Shown piece after piece: positions 15,395-23,028 of a stretch of 35,622 bases of DNA. Each line of letters opens with the position of its first letter. The first letter of the stretch is position 1. The translations under genes and the position numbers were made by a program. The notes beneath the pieces are model-generated. The model was given only the letters and a program-made list of their open reading frames with translations, had not been told where the DNA came from and did not search any database. The stretch spans positions 1 to 35,622 of the forward strand of contig DAOVYZ010000001.1 in assembly GCA_030635365.1 (NCBI GenBank), read 5' to 3'. The DNA is from Bacteroidales bacterium (GTDB lineage Bacteria; Bacteroidota; Bacteroidia; Bacteroidales; UBA12077).

Positions 15395-15793
15395 ATGGAA
15401 ACTAAAATTATATATCTAGTATTGAGTGTATTCGGATTGTCTTATGAAGCTGTTTTTATAATAGGTAGAAAGTCAAGAAAACGAGAATTGGTAATATGTA
15501 GACAAACCATACATTATTTTATACATGAAAAAACCAAATATACACTTGGCGAAATTGGAAACCTAGCGGGCGGAAAAGATCATGCAACGGTCTTGCATTC
15601 AATTAAGTCGATAAAAGCTATTAAATCTACTAATTTCAGGCCTTATTCTGATTATATAAAATACATACTAAGTCAAATTAATTACAGTTACTGGGATTAT
15701 ATTACAGATTTAAACAAACCTATTAAAATCAAGTACCCAAAGATAGCAACTAAGAATTATATATTTTATGAACATTCAAATTTAATAATTTAA
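15395..15793 (+). CDS. Stand-alone DnaA C-terminal (domain IV) HTH-like protein.
   Basis: GRKSRKRELVICRQTIHYFIHEKTKYTLGEIGNLAGGKDHATVLHSIKSIK parallels the DnaA domain IV signature R.r.i...Rq.amYL.r.lt..Sl..IG..fGgrDHtTVlha..ki. There is no AAA+ domain in its 132 aa. Confidence 0.7.
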   Translation: METKIIYLVLSVFGLSYEAVFIIGRKSRKRELVICRQTIHYFIHEKTKYTLGEIGNLAGGKDHATVLHSIKSIKAIKSTNFRPYSDYIKYILSQINYSYWDYITDLNKPIKIKYPKIATKNYIFYEHSNLII

Positions 15794-15803
15794 AATTAGA
15801 ATT

Positions 15804-16061
15804 ATGTTACATGCAAGAGAAGATTACAACAGAATCCAAGACCCGGAAAATAAGATTGGTGAAAATGAGCCTGTTTTTATAGTAAGGGCAAAAGACTCAT
15901 TTTCAACTCATACCATGCTAGCCTGGGCAGATGCTGTATTGTTTGAAGGACAATTAAAAAATGATAATAAATTAAAAGCAATGGCAGGTATGGTTTATGA
16001 ACACGTAAAAAAAACAATTGAATGGCAAAATGAAAACGGATGTAAAAATCCTGATTTATAA
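15804..16061 (+). CDS. Conserved phage hypothetical protein, 85 aa.
   Basis: The DP....ig.nEPVF..RakD ... W ... K.PDL pattern recalls a widespread phage family of unknown function, from memory. Confidence 0.45.
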   Translation: MLHAREDYNRIQDPENKIGENEPVFIVRAKDSFSTHTMLAWADAVLFEGQLKNDNKLKAMAGMVYEHVKKTIEWQNENGCKNPDL

Positions 16062-16097
16062 CGATTAATCAACTAAATTGTAATTAATATATTTATT

Positions 16098-16385
16098 ATG
16101 AAACCAGTACCATTTAAACATCAAAATACTACATTTGCTAAAGATCAGCCAGAATATATGCCTTTACCAGCTTTAAAATTAGAGGGAGATGAAGGTCATG
16201 TTATTTCATGTTGGAAATTATCATTAAGGGAAAGAATTAAAGTTTTGTTTTTTGGTCGTATATGGCTTGATCTGTTAAGTTTTAACAAACCATTGACGCC
16301 TAGTTTTATGTCGGTAAACAGAAAAGCTGTTTTTTCTCATCCTGATGATTCAATTAAATGGTATAAGAAGCTATTAATTAAATAA
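16098..16385 (+). CDS. Hypothetical protein, 95 aa.
   Basis: ORF only. Confidence 0.45.
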   Translation: MKPVPFKHQNTTFAKDQPEYMPLPALKLEGDEGHVISCWKLSLRERIKVLFFGRIWLDLLSFNKPLTPSFMSVNRKAVFSHPDDSIKWYKKLLIK

Positions 16386-16392
16386 TTTTTAT

Positions 16393-16400
16393 TATATTTG
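16393..16400 (+). promoter_or_regulatory. Candidate -7 promoter box (TATATTTG) upstream of the replication gene leader.
   Basis: It matches TAnnTTTG 110 nt upstream of the ATG at 16510. The leader holds an 8-bp inverted repeat, ACTCTCAC (16424-16431) and GTGAGAGT (16466-16473). Confidence 0.35.
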
Positions 16401-16509
16401 CATTATGACTTCAAAACTCTCACATATCAAGAAAACATTTTTAAAGCATGGTTGATTTTAGGCTCGTGAGAGTGCCTATTGTTGGCTGTGCTTTGTTTAT
16501 TTAATCCTT

Positions 16510-17256
16510 ATGAATCAAGGTTTTATTTTGCTGCATAGAAAGTTTATGTCCTGGGAGTGGTATCAGGATAAAAATACAAAAATCTTATTCATTCATTGTC
16601 TTCTAAATGCAAATTTTGAGGAGAAAACATGGCAAGGAATCACAATTAAAAGAGGTCAATTTTTCACCTCAATAAATCACTTATCAATTGATCTTAAAAT
16701 GTCAATTAAGGAAATTAGGACTGCTTTAAAAAAATTACAAAAAACAAATGAAATTGTTCAAAAAGGGGCAAGCAATGGGACAATGATAACAGTTTGTAAA
16801 TATGATAGTTATCAAGAAAAACAAAAACCAAAGGGCAAACGAAGGGCAAGCGAGGGGCAAGGCAAGGGCAAGCGAGGGGCAACAACTAACAATGATAAAC
16901 AATTAAACAATGATAACAATGTAAACAATAAAGATATATTATTCACTTATGAAAATTTCATTTTTCTTTTCAATGAAATAACAAAACGAAACTTCAAAGG
17001 AGATTCAAAAAGCGAAGGCCATTTTAACCAAAGAATTAAAAAATACAATGGTGCTGAGTTTGGAATTGCAATTCGTAATGCTTTTAATGATGAATATTTA
17101 CGCCAAAATCCAAAATATCTTACACCGGAATACATAACCAGGGAAAACCAGATTGAAAAATGGTTAAATGTGGTTGAGGGAGAAGAAACCAACGGCAAAT
17201 TTAAAAAACCTGATTTTGAAAAAATAAAAGAATATGGACGAAAACTAAACAAATGA
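16510..17256 (+). CDS. Replication initiator or organiser protein. It has an N-terminal winged-HTH domain, a K/G/R-rich linker, and a conserved phage C-terminal domain.
   Basis: The N-terminus GFILLHRKFMSWEWYQD...RGQFFTSINHLSIDLKMSIKEIRTALKKL is typical of phage replication wHTH proteins. The C-terminal FNEITKRNFKG...RIKKYNGAEF..AIRNAFNDEYL...KYLTPEYITR resembles the conserved phage C-terminal domain (TIGR02220-like, from memory). Confidence 0.6.
   Translation: MNQGFILLHRKFMSWEWYQDKNTKILFIHCLLNANFEEKTWQGITIKRGQFFTSINHLSIDLKMSIKEIRTALKKLQKTNEIVQKGASNGTMITVCKYDSYQEKQKPKGKRRASEGQGKGKRGATTNNDKQLNNDNNVNNKDILFTYENFIFLFNEITKRNFKGDSKSEGHFNQRIKKYNGAEFGIAIRNAFNDEYLRQNPKYLTPEYITRENQIEKWLNVVEGEETNGKFKKPDFEKIKEYGRKLNK
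16842..16882. repeat. Perfect 19-bp direct repeat AAGGGCAAGCGAGGGGCAA, two copies with a 22-bp period, plus a partial third copy at 16831. It is iteron-like.
   Basis: The copies lie at 16842-16860 and 16864-16882. They form a GC-rich island in AT-rich DNA and are translated in different frames (RASEGQ versus KGKRGA). An AT-rich tract with AACAATGATAA repeats follows at 16887-16935. Confidence 0.85.
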
Positions 17257-17969
17257 AAACTACAAATATCAGACTATTAGATGAAAACCAAATAAATGAT
17301 TTATCTTCAGAACTATTTGAATATATTTGCGGCGTTTATGATATTAAAGCACCTGATGAAAAATTTTATCACTATTTCATTACTTACATGAAAAAGTATT
17401 TTGGTTTCATGACTTTTGAGCAATTAGAATCTGCTTTTGAATTAAATTCTTTAAACTATTTAGATAACTTCCTGCAAAAAATTGGACAAAGGCCAGACAA
17501 TAAAATTAAGTCATTTAATATACCAGATTTAGTCAAGATAATAAATGCTTACAATAATTATAAAGGAATTCAAAAAAGTGATTCAACAGATATTTACAAT
17601 CCATTTACAAAAAAATCAGAGCCAGGGGGAGCTAAAATATTAACCGAAAAGCAAAAGCATGAATCTATGAATAATTGGTGTGATCGTTTATGCCAAATAT
17701 TTGAAAAGTACCGTGATGAATTTGAAAAAACTACAATAGCTATTCCTTTGTTCACTTGCCAGATATTAGCTAAAAATGGGGCTTTGGATTATAAAGATAT
17801 TGATATGACAGAAAAAACCATTAGTATTAAAATAGGAAAATATCAGGGAAGTAATTCAAATGAAGATTTAATTTATAAAACTTTTGATAAAATTATTCAG
17901 GATCAAAAACATGTTGAAGATTATCTAAAACATCAAAGAAGTAAATATTCACAAGAAATGCCTTATTGA
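17253..17969 (+). CDS. Hypothetical protein, 238 aa, translationally coupled to the replication gene.
   Basis: Its start forms an ATGA overlap with ORF 16510. I see no NTPase motif. Confidence 0.5.
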   Translation: MKTTNIRLLDENQINDLSSELFEYICGVYDIKAPDEKFYHYFITYMKKYFGFMTFEQLESAFELNSLNYLDNFLQKIGQRPDNKIKSFNIPDLVKIINAYNNYKGIQKSDSTDIYNPFTKKSEPGGAKILTEKQKHESMNNWCDRLCQIFEKYRDEFEKTTIAIPLFTCQILAKNGALDYKDIDMTEKTISIKIGKYQGSNSNEDLIYKTFDKIIQDQKHVEDYLKHQRSKYSQEMPY

Positions 17970-18083
17970 TTATAACAACTGTTATAATTATTTAAACTAT
18001 AAGGTTTTAGAATTAATATCTGAACTTGAAAAATTCACAAAAGTTAAACAAAAGAAAAATTTAAAACGATTATTGAAATAAAA

Positions 18084-18407
18084 ATGATTAATTTTGATTT
18101 AGATAGTTCTAGTTTCCACCGAATAAATATTATGAGTTTGGTAATAGAAATTAAACAAGAAGCGGAAATAAGTAACCGGGAATTAATGAAATATATGGAG
18201 TCGATGAAATCAAAAAAACCAGAAGATTATTACTGGTTAAAAGATAGATTTCACTTGATGAAAACATTTAGGGAGCAAGTCTGGCATTTTAAAACGTCAG
18301 CTTTTATGCTCTCAAAAAGGGAATTAAAAGATTTTGAAATGCTCGATTTACTAAAAGAATGTAACAAAATACAAAGTTCACTATTGAAAAAATTAAATAA
18401 AACTTGA
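18084..18407 (+). CDS. Hypothetical protein, 107 aa.
   Basis: ORF only. Confidence 0.45.
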   Translation: MINFDLDSSSFHRINIMSLVIEIKQEAEISNRELMKYMESMKSKKPEDYYWLKDRFHLMKTFREQVWHFKTSAFMLSKRELKDFEMLDLLKECNKIQSSLLKKLNKT

Positions 18408-18651
18408 TTATGGAAAAATTTTATTTTAAATACAGAGATTCTGAAATATGCAAAACTAAAGATTATTTTATTGATTATATGAAAAATAATAATCTTAATG
18501 AGATTGAAGTCTATAAAGCTGAACCCGAAAAAGTAACGGGCATAGTTTAAATTATGAACCTAGGAATAAAGTGTCATGACGTTGTAGATACCATAGTACA
18601 AGACTTTATATGTGTGGAGATAAAGTTAAATTAATACTTTAAATAAATGAT

Positions 18652-19167
18652 ATGAGTAGTAACCAACAATTTAAGGAATATAATATCAGATTAAAGAGAC
18701 AAGTAAAAGAATTAAAAGATATAAATATTTCATTAAGAAAACAAATAGTTTTTTTAAAAAATGCATTATCCAAAAAAACAATATTTAAACGAAAGCCTAA
18801 AAAACAAAGAATTATGAAAAACTTAAAAGATTTCGGAATCTTATCTGCTATCATGCTTTTTGGTGTTTTTGTAGGCTTTTTAATAGCTGATGATATTAAC
18901 CGGGATGATAACAGATTAAATGAACTGTATATCTCAGTAATAGAAAAAACAAATGATAGCCTTGAAACAGAATTAAAAGAGCTTAGAGAGTTCAAAAAGT
19001 ACGGAATTTCCATTGGTGATACTACAATTCAGGCTGTAACTAACTTAAAAATACAGGGTAAAGATCACAGGGTATTGCATATTGATAGAATTAACCCCGG
19101 CAAAAATTACTTCTATTATGTTTTACGTGAGAATGTTGCGGTTGAATTATATGTGATGAAATACTGA
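18652..19167 (+). CDS. Membrane-anchored protein, 171 aa. It has an N-terminal coiled coil, one TM helix and a C-terminal domain.
   Basis: The TM segment is FGILSAIMLFGVFVGFLIA, preceded by the basic stretch KRKPKKQR. Confidence 0.5.
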   Translation: MSSNQQFKEYNIRLKRQVKELKDINISLRKQIVFLKNALSKKTIFKRKPKKQRIMKNLKDFGILSAIMLFGVFVGFLIADDINRDDNRLNELYISVIEKTNDSLETELKELREFKKYGISIGDTTIQAVTNLKIQGKDHRVLHIDRINPGKNYFYYVLRENVAVELYVMKY

Positions 19168-19182
19168 TAAATCAAAATTTTG

Positions 19183-19190
19183 TATATTTG
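19183..19190 (+). promoter_or_regulatory. Candidate -7 promoter box (TATATTTG) within the conserved TTTTGTATATTTG 13-mer.
   Basis: It lies 26 nt upstream of the ATG at 19216. Confidence 0.4.
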
Positions 19191-19215
19191 TCCATTATTA
19201 ACTAAAATTTTTATC

Positions 19216-19392
19216 ATGGATGATTTAATCAAACGCTTGACAAATTGGACATCAACTATTATCGGAACTATTGTATTTATGGTAGCGGCTTTTCTATTTT
19301 TTGAGATTATTACACCTACTTTAATTTGGCATACTATTGTGGAAATGCTAGCAATGTTTTGCGGTGTCGTTCTTATTTTTTCAAGATTGTAA
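19216..19392 (+). CDS. Small membrane protein, 58 aa with two TM helices.
   Basis: From ATG 19216 the translation is MDDLIKRLTNWTSTIIGTIVFMVAAFLFFEIITPTLIWHTIVEMLAMFCGVVLIFSRL. I reject the track's TTG start at 19180 because it lies inside the promoter-like box. Confidence 0.5.
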   Translation: MDDLIKRLTNWTSTIIGTIVFMVAAFLFFEIITPTLIWHTIVEMLAMFCGVVLIFSRL

Positions 19393-19395
19393 GGC

Positions 19396-19518
19396 ATGAA
19401 TGAAATAATTCCAGGTATATTAATATTTATAGCAATAATACTCACATTTTTTATGCCTGCATGGTTGGAAATAATAGAACATAAAAAATGGATGAAGAAA
19501 AATAATATAAAGCCATGA
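19396..19518 (+). CDS. Candidate 40-aa single-pass membrane peptide. It is absent from the ORF track.
   Basis: Translation is MNEIIPGILIFIAIILTFFMPAWLEIIEHKKWMKKNNIKP. Its stop overlaps the next ATG as ATGA (19515-19518). Confidence 0.45.
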   Translation: MNEIIPGILIFIAIILTFFMPAWLEIIEHKKWMKKNNIKP

Positions 19519-19724
19519 ACTTCGACTTCAAATATATTAAATTAGCATTGAATTTATTCTTTTTAGCTTTAATTAGCTATATGGGATTTGCATTGTTTAA
19601 TGCTGGGTCATTTAACCCAGTCGATTGGTATCCAAAATCACAAATATATTTTATTGTTGTTTTGATTTGCTGTGTATTGGCTTATATGGTTTTTTCAGCT
19701 GAATTACCGAAAAATAAAGAATAA
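19515..19724 (+). CDS. Small membrane protein, 69 aa with two TM helices.
   Basis: The hydrophobic segments are LALNLFFLALISYMGFALF and IYFIVVLICCVLAYMVF. Confidence 0.5.
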   Translation: MNFDFKYIKLALNLFFLALISYMGFALFNAGSFNPVDWYPKSQIYFIVVLICCVLAYMVFSAELPKNKE

Positions 19725-19728
19725 TGAT

Positions 19729-20079
19729 ATGGAATATAAAGCTATAAATAACGAACTTGAAGGAATTATGGATTATCAACACGATATTATGCAGGAATGT
19801 ATAGGTAAAATCATGCTAGATATTCAGGAAAAGAAAACGAATGTAATAAAAGAGCGGCTGAAGACTTTAAATATTGAAATTGATTTTAAGCACGAGAGAG
19901 AAAGAAGATTTAAATTAATAACTTGCGAAACAAGCAATGAATTATATTCTAATGAAACATACTATTATAATGATGGATCAAAAGAGGGTATTCGAATAGT
20001 TACTTTTACGGAAACTCCTCCGGAATATCCAAATGAATTTCAAAGAAGCGAAATTAATATAGGTTTTAATTATTATTAG
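19729..20079 (+). CDS. Hypothetical protein, 116 aa.
   Basis: I prefer the in-frame ATG at 19729, which begins MEYKAINNELEG. The track start at 19672 overlaps the previous gene by 53 nt. Confidence 0.45.
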   Translation: MEYKAINNELEGIMDYQHDIMQECIGKIMLDIQEKKTNVIKERLKTLNIEIDFKHERERRFKLITCETSNELYSNETYYYNDGSKEGIRIVTFTETPPEYPNEFQRSEINIGFNYY

Positions 20080-20080
20080 A

Positions 20081-20635
20081 TTGGGAAAAAAGAAATATAT
20101 ATTAAGTGAAAAACAAAAAGCTTTTGGCCGTGAATATGTTTTTGATTGGAACGCAACGCAAGCAGCTATAAGGGCTGGTTATAGTCCTAAAACAGCTAAA
20201 GAACAGGCTTGCAGACTGTTAACAAATGTCAACCTTCAAGAGTATATTTCAAACATACAAAAGGACATAGCAAAATTAGCTGGTATTAGTGTATTATCTC
20301 AAATCTCAGAGCTTAAAAAGGTTGCAACGTCAAGTATTGCCAATATTCATAAAGATTGGATTACACGCAAAGAATTAGAAGATTTACCGGAAAATGTAAA
20401 AGCTTCTATTTCAGAAATATCAACACAGATTCGGACTGTTTTTGGTAAAGGTGATGAACAGCCAATAGAAGTTGAATTTGTTAAAATTAAATTGCATAAC
20501 AAACTTGAGGCCATAAAAGAAATAAATAAAATGCTTGGTTATTACGAACCTGAAAAGCAAGATATAACTTCAGGTGGTGAAAAACTTAATCAAGAAACTA
20601 CAGTCACTTTTGTTAATGCACGAAAAAAAGAGTAA
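20081..20635 (+). CDS. terS: Terminase small subunit, Terminase_2 type.
   Basis: KAFGREYVFDWNATQAAIRAGYSPKTAKEQACRLLTNVNLQEYI is the classic small-terminase HTH signature. The start is TTG, with no nearby in-frame ATG. Confidence 0.85.
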   Translation: MGKKKYILSEKQKAFGREYVFDWNATQAAIRAGYSPKTAKEQACRLLTNVNLQEYISNIQKDIAKLAGISVLSQISELKKVATSSIANIHKDWITRKELEDLPENVKASISEISTQIRTVFGKGDEQPIEVEFVKIKLHNKLEAIKEINKMLGYYEPEKQDITSGGEKLNQETTVTFVNARKKE

Positions 20636-20655
20636 TAAATTAAATAAATAAAGCT

Positions 20656-20943
20656 ATGAATAATTATATTTTAAAAGGAAAAGAGCCAATTATTGAAACT
20701 GATTTAATAAAATGGGCACAATGGTTTAAAACTGCAGATAGACACGTAAAAAGCACAATATTACCAGATAATGTTCGTGTTTCTACTATTTTTTTAGGAA
20801 TGAATCACGGCTTTGATGGTGAAATTTTATTATTTGAAACAATGATCTTTGGTGGAGAACATGATGGATATTGTGATCGTTATTCAACATGGGATCAAGC
20901 AGAAAAAGGACATGAAAAAACACTACTGTTAGTATTTGAATAA
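20656..20943 (+). CDS. Conserved phage hypothetical protein, 95 aa.
   Basis: VSTIFLGMNHGFDGEILLFETMIFGG...YSTWDQAEKGH matches a widespread small phage family of unknown function, from memory. Confidence 0.5.
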   Translation: MNNYILKGKEPIIETDLIKWAQWFKTADRHVKSTILPDNVRVSTIFLGMNHGFDGEILLFETMIFGGEHDGYCDRYSTWDQAEKGHEKTLLLVFE

Positions 20944-20951
20944 TATTACTA

Positions 20952-22325
20952 ATGAACTTCAAGCCTCTTGATGTCTATGAACCTCTTTACTTCACACCTC
21001 CAAAAGTCCGTTATATTTCTGCTTGCGGTGGTCGTGGAGGCGGGCGCTCCCATAATTGTAGCGAATATTATTTTTTCAAAATCACAAGACCACAATATTT
21101 CAGGGGGCTAATTGCACGTGCCATATTTTCAGATTTAAAACTAACTACCTGGTTGGAATTTATTGATAGAATGCATGAGACAGAGGGGCTTGATCCTAAT
21201 CTATTCAAAATCAACAACACCGAAAAGATAATTGAATACATACCAACAGGCAATACAATCACAGGAATAGGCTTTAGAAAGTCAGCTGGGAGCCGTAAAG
21301 CTTCATTAAAGGGTTTTGCAAATGTTACCGATGTTTTGATTGAAGAGGCTCAAGAACTTACTGAAAAAGAATTAAATCAATTAGATGATAGTTTACGAAC
21401 AATTAAGGCACCGATTAGAATAATATTTGCTTTTAACATGCCTGAAAAAACCCATATACTAATGAGGCGTTTCTTTGATCTAAACCCTGTTAAATTAATT
21501 TGTGGCAATGGCATCGAACACGAGGGATTTATGAAGGCGATCCCAAAGAAAACCAGGCCTGATCACATTATGATCTTCTCAGACTACCGGGATAATTATA
21601 AACATTTGGACGCTCATACGATTGCTAATTATGAACGTTATTATTATGAAAACCCGGAGCATTATTTCACTGAAATTATGGGATATGTTTCCGGGGGAGC
21701 TAAAGGTGTTATTTTTAAATATAATCTTAATTGGTTTGAATATTCAGAGCTTCCGGACTTTGATTTCTATGAGACTTATGGACTTGATTTTGGTGGTGGT
21801 GGTGTGAATGATAAGCGAAAAGTTTATCCTGAAATTTATAAATTTGATGAACCGGACGGGAGCAGTACAACAGTGTTAGTAAAGTTGTTAATAAATAAAT
21901 CTTCAATGTCTGTTTATGTGAAACTATTGCTTTATAAGGCTTATATTAGTCCTGATGATTTAAGCCAAGTTTGTCAGGATTTTACGATTACAAAAGACGG
22001 CAAATATATCAAGAAAAAGAACATACTTGCTGACAATGCCCGTGCCGATAAAATAAGGGATTTAATCAATGATGGTTTAAATTGTATTGGTGCGAAGACA
22101 AAAGAAGGGGCTTCAAATAAGGTTATTACTGGTATTGATATTATTAAAAAATATAAGGTGTTCATTCATGTTGATGATATACCCGCTCAAGTTGAGGCAA
22201 ATAGCCACAGGTGGGAAACGTCAAAATCAACAGGAGAATTAACAGGAAATGTCGAGGATAAATTTAAGGATTTTTGGGATGCAGTACGCTATGCCTTAGT
22301 CAATTACGATTTATATAGCTGGTAA
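20952..22325 (+). CDS. terL: Terminase large subunit.
   Basis: It has a Walker A-like CGGRGGGRSH near the N-terminus and a Walker B-like VLIEEAQE. It is 457 aa and lies downstream of terS. Confidence 0.85.
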   Translation: MNFKPLDVYEPLYFTPPKVRYISACGGRGGGRSHNCSEYYFFKITRPQYFRGLIARAIFSDLKLTTWLEFIDRMHETEGLDPNLFKINNTEKIIEYIPTGNTITGIGFRKSAGSRKASLKGFANVTDVLIEEAQELTEKELNQLDDSLRTIKAPIRIIFAFNMPEKTHILMRRFFDLNPVKLICGNGIEHEGFMKAIPKKTRPDHIMIFSDYRDNYKHLDAHTIANYERYYYENPEHYFTEIMGYVSGGAKGVIFKYNLNWFEYSELPDFDFYETYGLDFGGGGVNDKRKVYPEIYKFDEPDGSSTTVLVKLLINKSSMSVYVKLLLYKAYISPDDLSQVCQDFTITKDGKYIKKKNILADNARADKIRDLINDGLNCIGAKTKEGASNKVITGIDIIKKYKVFIHVDDIPAQVEANSHRWETSKSTGELTGNVEDKFKDFWDAVRYALVNYDLYSW

Positions 22326-22340
22326 TTGAAATATATTTTG

Positions 22341-22348
22341 TATATTTG
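22341..22348 (+). promoter_or_regulatory. Candidate -7 promoter box (TATATTTG) within the conserved TTTTGTATATTTG 13-mer. It may be a late promoter.
   Basis: It lies immediately after the terL stop, 140 nt upstream of the next ATG. Confidence 0.4.
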
Positions 22349-22487
22349 TAAAAAATAAAACCCAGCGGAGGAGTTTGTTTACCGACAATTTGAACATTCT
22401 CTAGCACACGGATAAAATACCTGATAGGCTGCATGTTGTCGGACATCGCCTTGAGGGTGTTTTTTAATTTAACGTAAAAATAAAGCT

Positions 22488-22805
22488 ATGAAAAAGTACA
22501 GAGTAACAGAGAAACATCCTTATTTAAAAACAGGTATATCGTTTGAATTAGTTTGCGAATCGGCAGATCATGGATATTACATTTTTAATTTAGGATTAGT
22601 TCAAGAAACTTTAGCTGCAGGTATAGATGCTGATTGGCTTAATAATGGTTGGATAGAAGAAATCCAAGAGCCTGAATTTATAAAGGATGATATAGTTGAA
22701 TTTTTGGAATATCTTTTGAAACAAAATGATAGGCATTGTGAAATGGATGAAACTGAGTTTGTTAATGAATGGATAAATGATAAAAATGAAAACAAAACTA
22801 ATTAA
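22488..22805 (+). CDS. Acidic hypothetical protein, 105 aa.
   Basis: By my count it has about 23 D/E versus about 10 K/R residues. It is the first gene after the long structured leader. Confidence 0.5.
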   Translation: MKKYRVTEKHPYLKTGISFELVCESADHGYYIFNLGLVQETLAAGIDADWLNNGWIEEIQEPEFIKDDIVEFLEYLLKQNDRHCEMDETEFVNEWINDKNENKTN

Positions 22806-23028
22806 ATTTATTCTTTCGTTCACTGATTACGATAATATAAAAAAGGAAAATGAAAGCCTAAAATCGGTTATAGATACACTTATTGAAAAACCACATTCTA
22901 CTGAGTCTTTAATTATAATCGAAGGGCATAGATTAAAAAAACAATTAATTCGCAGCGTATGGATGGGAGATACTGGAAGAAAGTTAAAAAAATTTGATGG
23001 TATTTTATTAAAACATATAACGCCATGA
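22777..23028 (+). CDS. Hypothetical protein, 83 aa. An alternative start exists at 22786.
   Basis: It overlaps the previous ORF end. Its stop overlaps the next ATG as ATGA. Confidence 0.45.
   Translation: MIKMKTKLIKFILSFTDYDNIKKENESLKSVIDTLIEKPHSTESLIIIEGHRLKKQLIRSVWMGDTGRKLKKFDGILLKHITP

Noticed and set aside
18398-18550. A 50-codon open frame in the -1 frame after ORF 18084-18407, considered as another frameshift extension.
   Set aside because: The -1 frame carries a TAA at 18395-18397, downstream of the only slippery A-run. No shift site can reach it, and the only ATG gives a 23-aa peptide. I treat 18408-18651 as noncoding or small-peptide space of unknown meaning.
21622-22165. Alternative-frame and antisense ORFs inside terL (21622-21807 +, 21068-21262 -, 21974-22165 -).
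   Set aside because: They are embedded in a well-supported terminase large subunit ORF, and nothing independent supports them.
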